This document shows positions 60,586 through 64,000 of a DNA stretch of 64,000 nucleotides, piece after piece. Location of the stretch: positions 88,474,001-88,538,000 of the forward strand of contig CM069134.1 of the NCBI GenBank assembly GCA_035221665.1, given 5' to 3'. A program made the position numbers and the translations under genes. Every line of letters begins with the position of its first letter. The first letter of the stretch is position 1. The notes under the pieces are model-generated. The model saw only the letters and a list, made by a program, of their open reading frames with translations, was not told where the DNA came from and did not search any database. The DNA is from Okamejei kenojei. Its lineage: Eukaryota.

Positions 60586-62049
60586 ATTAAAATTAAAATA
60601 TCAATGTACTTTTGATTAAATTTATAATTTAAGACATTTTTAGTTTTTAAAGGATTTAAATTTACTTGAATAGTGTTTAATCGTCGCTGACCAGGTCAGA
60701 GAGCAATAGCATTGAAAGACCTGCATTAGAGCAAAAGAAATGGAAGGAAGAGTAAGTCATTCAGCCCTTCATGCCTGCTGTGCTCTATATCGCTTGATTC
60801 ATTTTTTTATTTTTTTTTTTTTATGGACGAGTCAGGGTCTTCCAAATACTGCCTTGCTGGAACAAGGTGCAGAGGGACCAGAATAATAGGAGCAGGAGGA
60901 GGCAACTCAGGCCATCAAGCCTGTCCCACCATTATACAATCCTGGCTAATCTATCTCTGGCCGCATCTCCTCTTCTGTACCAGTTCTGTACCAGTTCCAA
61001 TCATTTCTCAATTTACTGAACTTTCAAAAATGTTGCTACTTCTTCTTTCAATGACCTTTAGAATCTAGTCTCTACAGTCTTCCAAGGTATAGGATTTATC
61101 AACATTTGAAAGAGATCAGCCCTCTACCATCAGATAAAGAGTGGGTGGCTAGATGTAGCAGGCAGTGAGTCTGGCAAACTATCAGGTCCAGGACTGTTTG
61201 GCCTTGCATGTGTCTCTCATTCAATGAGATCAAGGACTGAAAGAAACTAAAGAAATCCCTCAGAACTCAGTCGTCCAAACATACCAGTAGCCACAGTAAC
61301 ATTGAATTATCAAGATTATATGGACTGAGCCCCCATCTTTTATTAAATATATCTCTAGTGGAGTCATAACCCAAGGGTTAAATCCTTCAAATCATAAAGT
61401 ACATTTCATTAACTATACACTTTTACGAAACATAAATTATGATTAACATTGATTAAGATGTGCTTTGTGGATTATTGCATATTATCCAGTGATTAAGCTA
61501 TAAAGAATTAAGTCAATAATTTTCTAATCTGAAATCCCAGATAATTTGGTTTTGTTTACTAAGGTATGTTTTATAGACAAAGCGGACAAATGATTAGTTT
61601 TCAAAAGAGTCTGGGGATTAAATGTATGAAATGGGTTTAGCAATTTAAGATTACTGCAAAGAAAAAGATATGAGTTCAGACACTATCTTCCAAAGAGGTA
61701 TAAGGAATGCTTGCAGATTGCAATTTTTATAAGCAATTTTTAACTCTTTACATGAAAGCAGATGCACATGTTTTAGATTTGCTTTCATAATAGTTTTCTT
61801 AAGGACAAGCAAAATAAAGCATGCATTTTGGAGAAAATCCACTGATTTTATCCTTTGAGGTTTGGTGGCTTTTTTTTCCTTTTAGATCTTGGAAGTTCAG
61901 ATGCTGATGCACGTAATTGAAAGCATCAATTGAAAGCAAAATGGACGCCAACTCCTAAGGTCAGTGGAAAATAAGTAAAATAGCAAAGAACCAAGTGCAT
62001 TTAAGTGGTGCCTCTTATAAATGAGGCAAGTCCTAAACAACACTATGTC

Positions 62050-62840
62050 CCTGGGGTAACTTCCACACGTAGCCCCTGTTGCGGTGCAGCAACCAGTGCA
62101 CACCCAGCATGCTACCATGAACAGGATTAAGACGATAAATTTATAAAGTTGGAGGCATGGTCCTCCAACTCAAGCCGTTCCCGAACGTAAGATTCCAGCA
62201 CTCCCATTGCCACCCTCAGCAGTTCTCTCAAAAAAAATTCCAATTGCACTTGCCCTTTGGTTGCAATAGCAATTCGCCCTACCCCTGCTAGTCTATCCAT
62301 TGGGACGTCATTAGTTGACGCTGGTAGGTTTGATATTGAAAGTATTTTGATTTTTTTAAACTTTAATCAGTAATAAGTCGAGAAATAAAGCATAAAATAA
62401 AGCATAAAATTCAGTGACAGTGATCTCTGCCTCGAGGTGAAAAATATGAATCAGAATATGTAAAAATCTTGTGAAAGGTGGCATTTTTAAAGCTTTAATC
62501 GTGAATAACATGTCAAATGTTGGATGAAATCTTCATTGAGGCTGGTCTCTGCTCGCAAAAACATTGTGACATCATCATTTGAAGCTGGTGGTTTGAATTT
62601 CAAAGTCTTTTAACGTTTTAAGACTTTTAATCAGTAATGAGTCGAGAATATGTCGAGAAATAAAGCATGAAATGTTCAGATTAGGAGATCCCAGCATCGA
62701 TGGGAAAAATGTCAACCGGAATATGTAAAAAAGTAATCATTGCCGCGTAGTGTTTTTCCAAAGATGTAAAGACAACCACATATGCACACACATATACACA
62801 TATACACACTAACAAGATCAGACTTTTAATCAGTATATGA
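62050..62840 (-). mobile_element. Probable second non-autonomous Helitron
   Basis: Reverse complement of the right end reads TCATATACTGATTAAAAGTCTGATCTTG, similar to the 5' end of the 47463 Helitron. The 3' CTAG end was not found, so the left boundary is uncertain. Confidence 0.5.
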
Positions 62841-62861
62841 TGATTATAATTTATTTTATAC

Positions 62862-63525
62862 TTCAGACTTTAGAGATACAGGGATAAAACAAGCCCGTTG
62901 AACCATCAACTCCACTCCGGTCGACCAGCAGTCGATGAGCGTGAGGGGAGGGAGGGGAAGACCCGGCGTGGCGGGACCACCGAGAAGAACAATGGAGGAC
63001 CCGGCCTGTGGGGACAGGTGTGAGGGACGGTGGGAGAACAAAGGGGACCCGGTGTAGGGGAGCGGGAGGGGCACTAGTTTAGAATCCTCTGCCCAGGGTA
63101 TAAGTCTGTGTTCGTTTGTTTGTTTGTTCATTTGTTCCGATGAAGGTGCTGTGCACACGGCTGCCAGCCAACAGTCACTTGTCTTTTTCTTTTTGTTTTC
63201 ACTTTTAATTTCAAGTTTTCGTGTATCTTGTGTGTTGTGACTGTCGGCAGACCAATTTCCCTCTGGGGATGAATAAAATTTAATCGTATCGTATCACCCC
63301 ATACACGAGCACTATCCTGCACACTAGGGACAATTTACAATTTTACCCAAGCCAATTAACCTACAAACCTGTAAATCTTTGGAATGTGGGAAGAAACCGG
63401 AGCACCAGGAGAAAACCCGTGTAGTCTCAGGGAGAACGTACAAACCTCGTACACATAGCACCTGTGGTCAGGATTGAACCCGGGTCTCTGGCGTTGTAAA
63501 GCAGAAACTCTACATCTGTGCCAGC
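62862..63525 (-). mobile_element. HE1-like V-SINE interrupted by a ~360-bp LINE-tail-like insertion (~62930-63292, plus strand)
   Basis: SINE tail at 62862-62928 and body at 63293-63525. The insert ends aatttccctctggggatgaataaa...(atcgt)n. Confidence 0.7.
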
Positions 63526-64000
63526 CCAGGATTAGCATTGGCCAGGACACTAAATATTTTCCTCTGTTCTTTTGCAGGATACTACCATCTGAAACAACAA
63601 GCTGATCTTCATGCAGAGAGCAACACTTCTGACAGCACAGCACTTTGTTGCAATTGGAATAATTGTAGAGGCTTTTGACTCCAACCTTCTGCTGGGAGTT
63701 CTACCAACTGAACAACCGATGACGTTTGAGTTTAGATAAATGGTACACATTTTATGTGAAATATTTTTAATATGTCCGAAAATTTCCACACACTTTTGGA
63801 ATATTAGCGGTTCACAGAAACATGTACAACTTACTAAGGATTTGGAAAATAGTTTTGAATTGAAATCCTTTGGTCATCCATTGGTGAGTATTAGTACTTG
63901 GTGAGTATTAGTCGGCTCACCGTTTGGAAATCCGTAAATGAGGAACCTTTTTTCCTTAAAAGAATCATGATTCTTTGAGGTTCTCTATCCCAGGGGAGTT

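Overview
Repeat-dense vertebrate genomic DNA, very likely an elasmobranch (skate/ray/shark). That assignment is inferred from abundant HER1-like CR1 LINEs and HE1-like V-SINEs. No intact host protein-coding gene is recognisable. The window contains: two degenerate DIRS1-type tyrosine-recombinase retrotransposons (about 1.4-5.0 kb and 7.6-15.6 kb), the second interrupted by a full-length-ended L1 that itself carries a CR1 fragment; a Harbinger-type MITE; a Mutator-like long-TIR element with a 9-bp TSD; a 5'-truncated L1; many CR1, Rex1 and Penelope fragments, several with hammerhead-ribozyme-like cores; and a 13-kb two-LTR endogenous retrovirus (41174-54244, minus strand). The provirus has a 4-bp TSD, a tRNA-Pro-like PBS and a degenerate gag, but no recognisable pol or env. 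It has been invaded by a Helitron, a Neptune-like Penelope element and CR1s. Near the right end there is an RFX X-box/CCAAT promoter-like cluster with candidate plus-strand splice sites (low confidence). Several junctions carry short locally templated duplications or fold-backs. There is one assembly gap (39032-39503). All family names come from recognising motifs by eye; no database searches were run.
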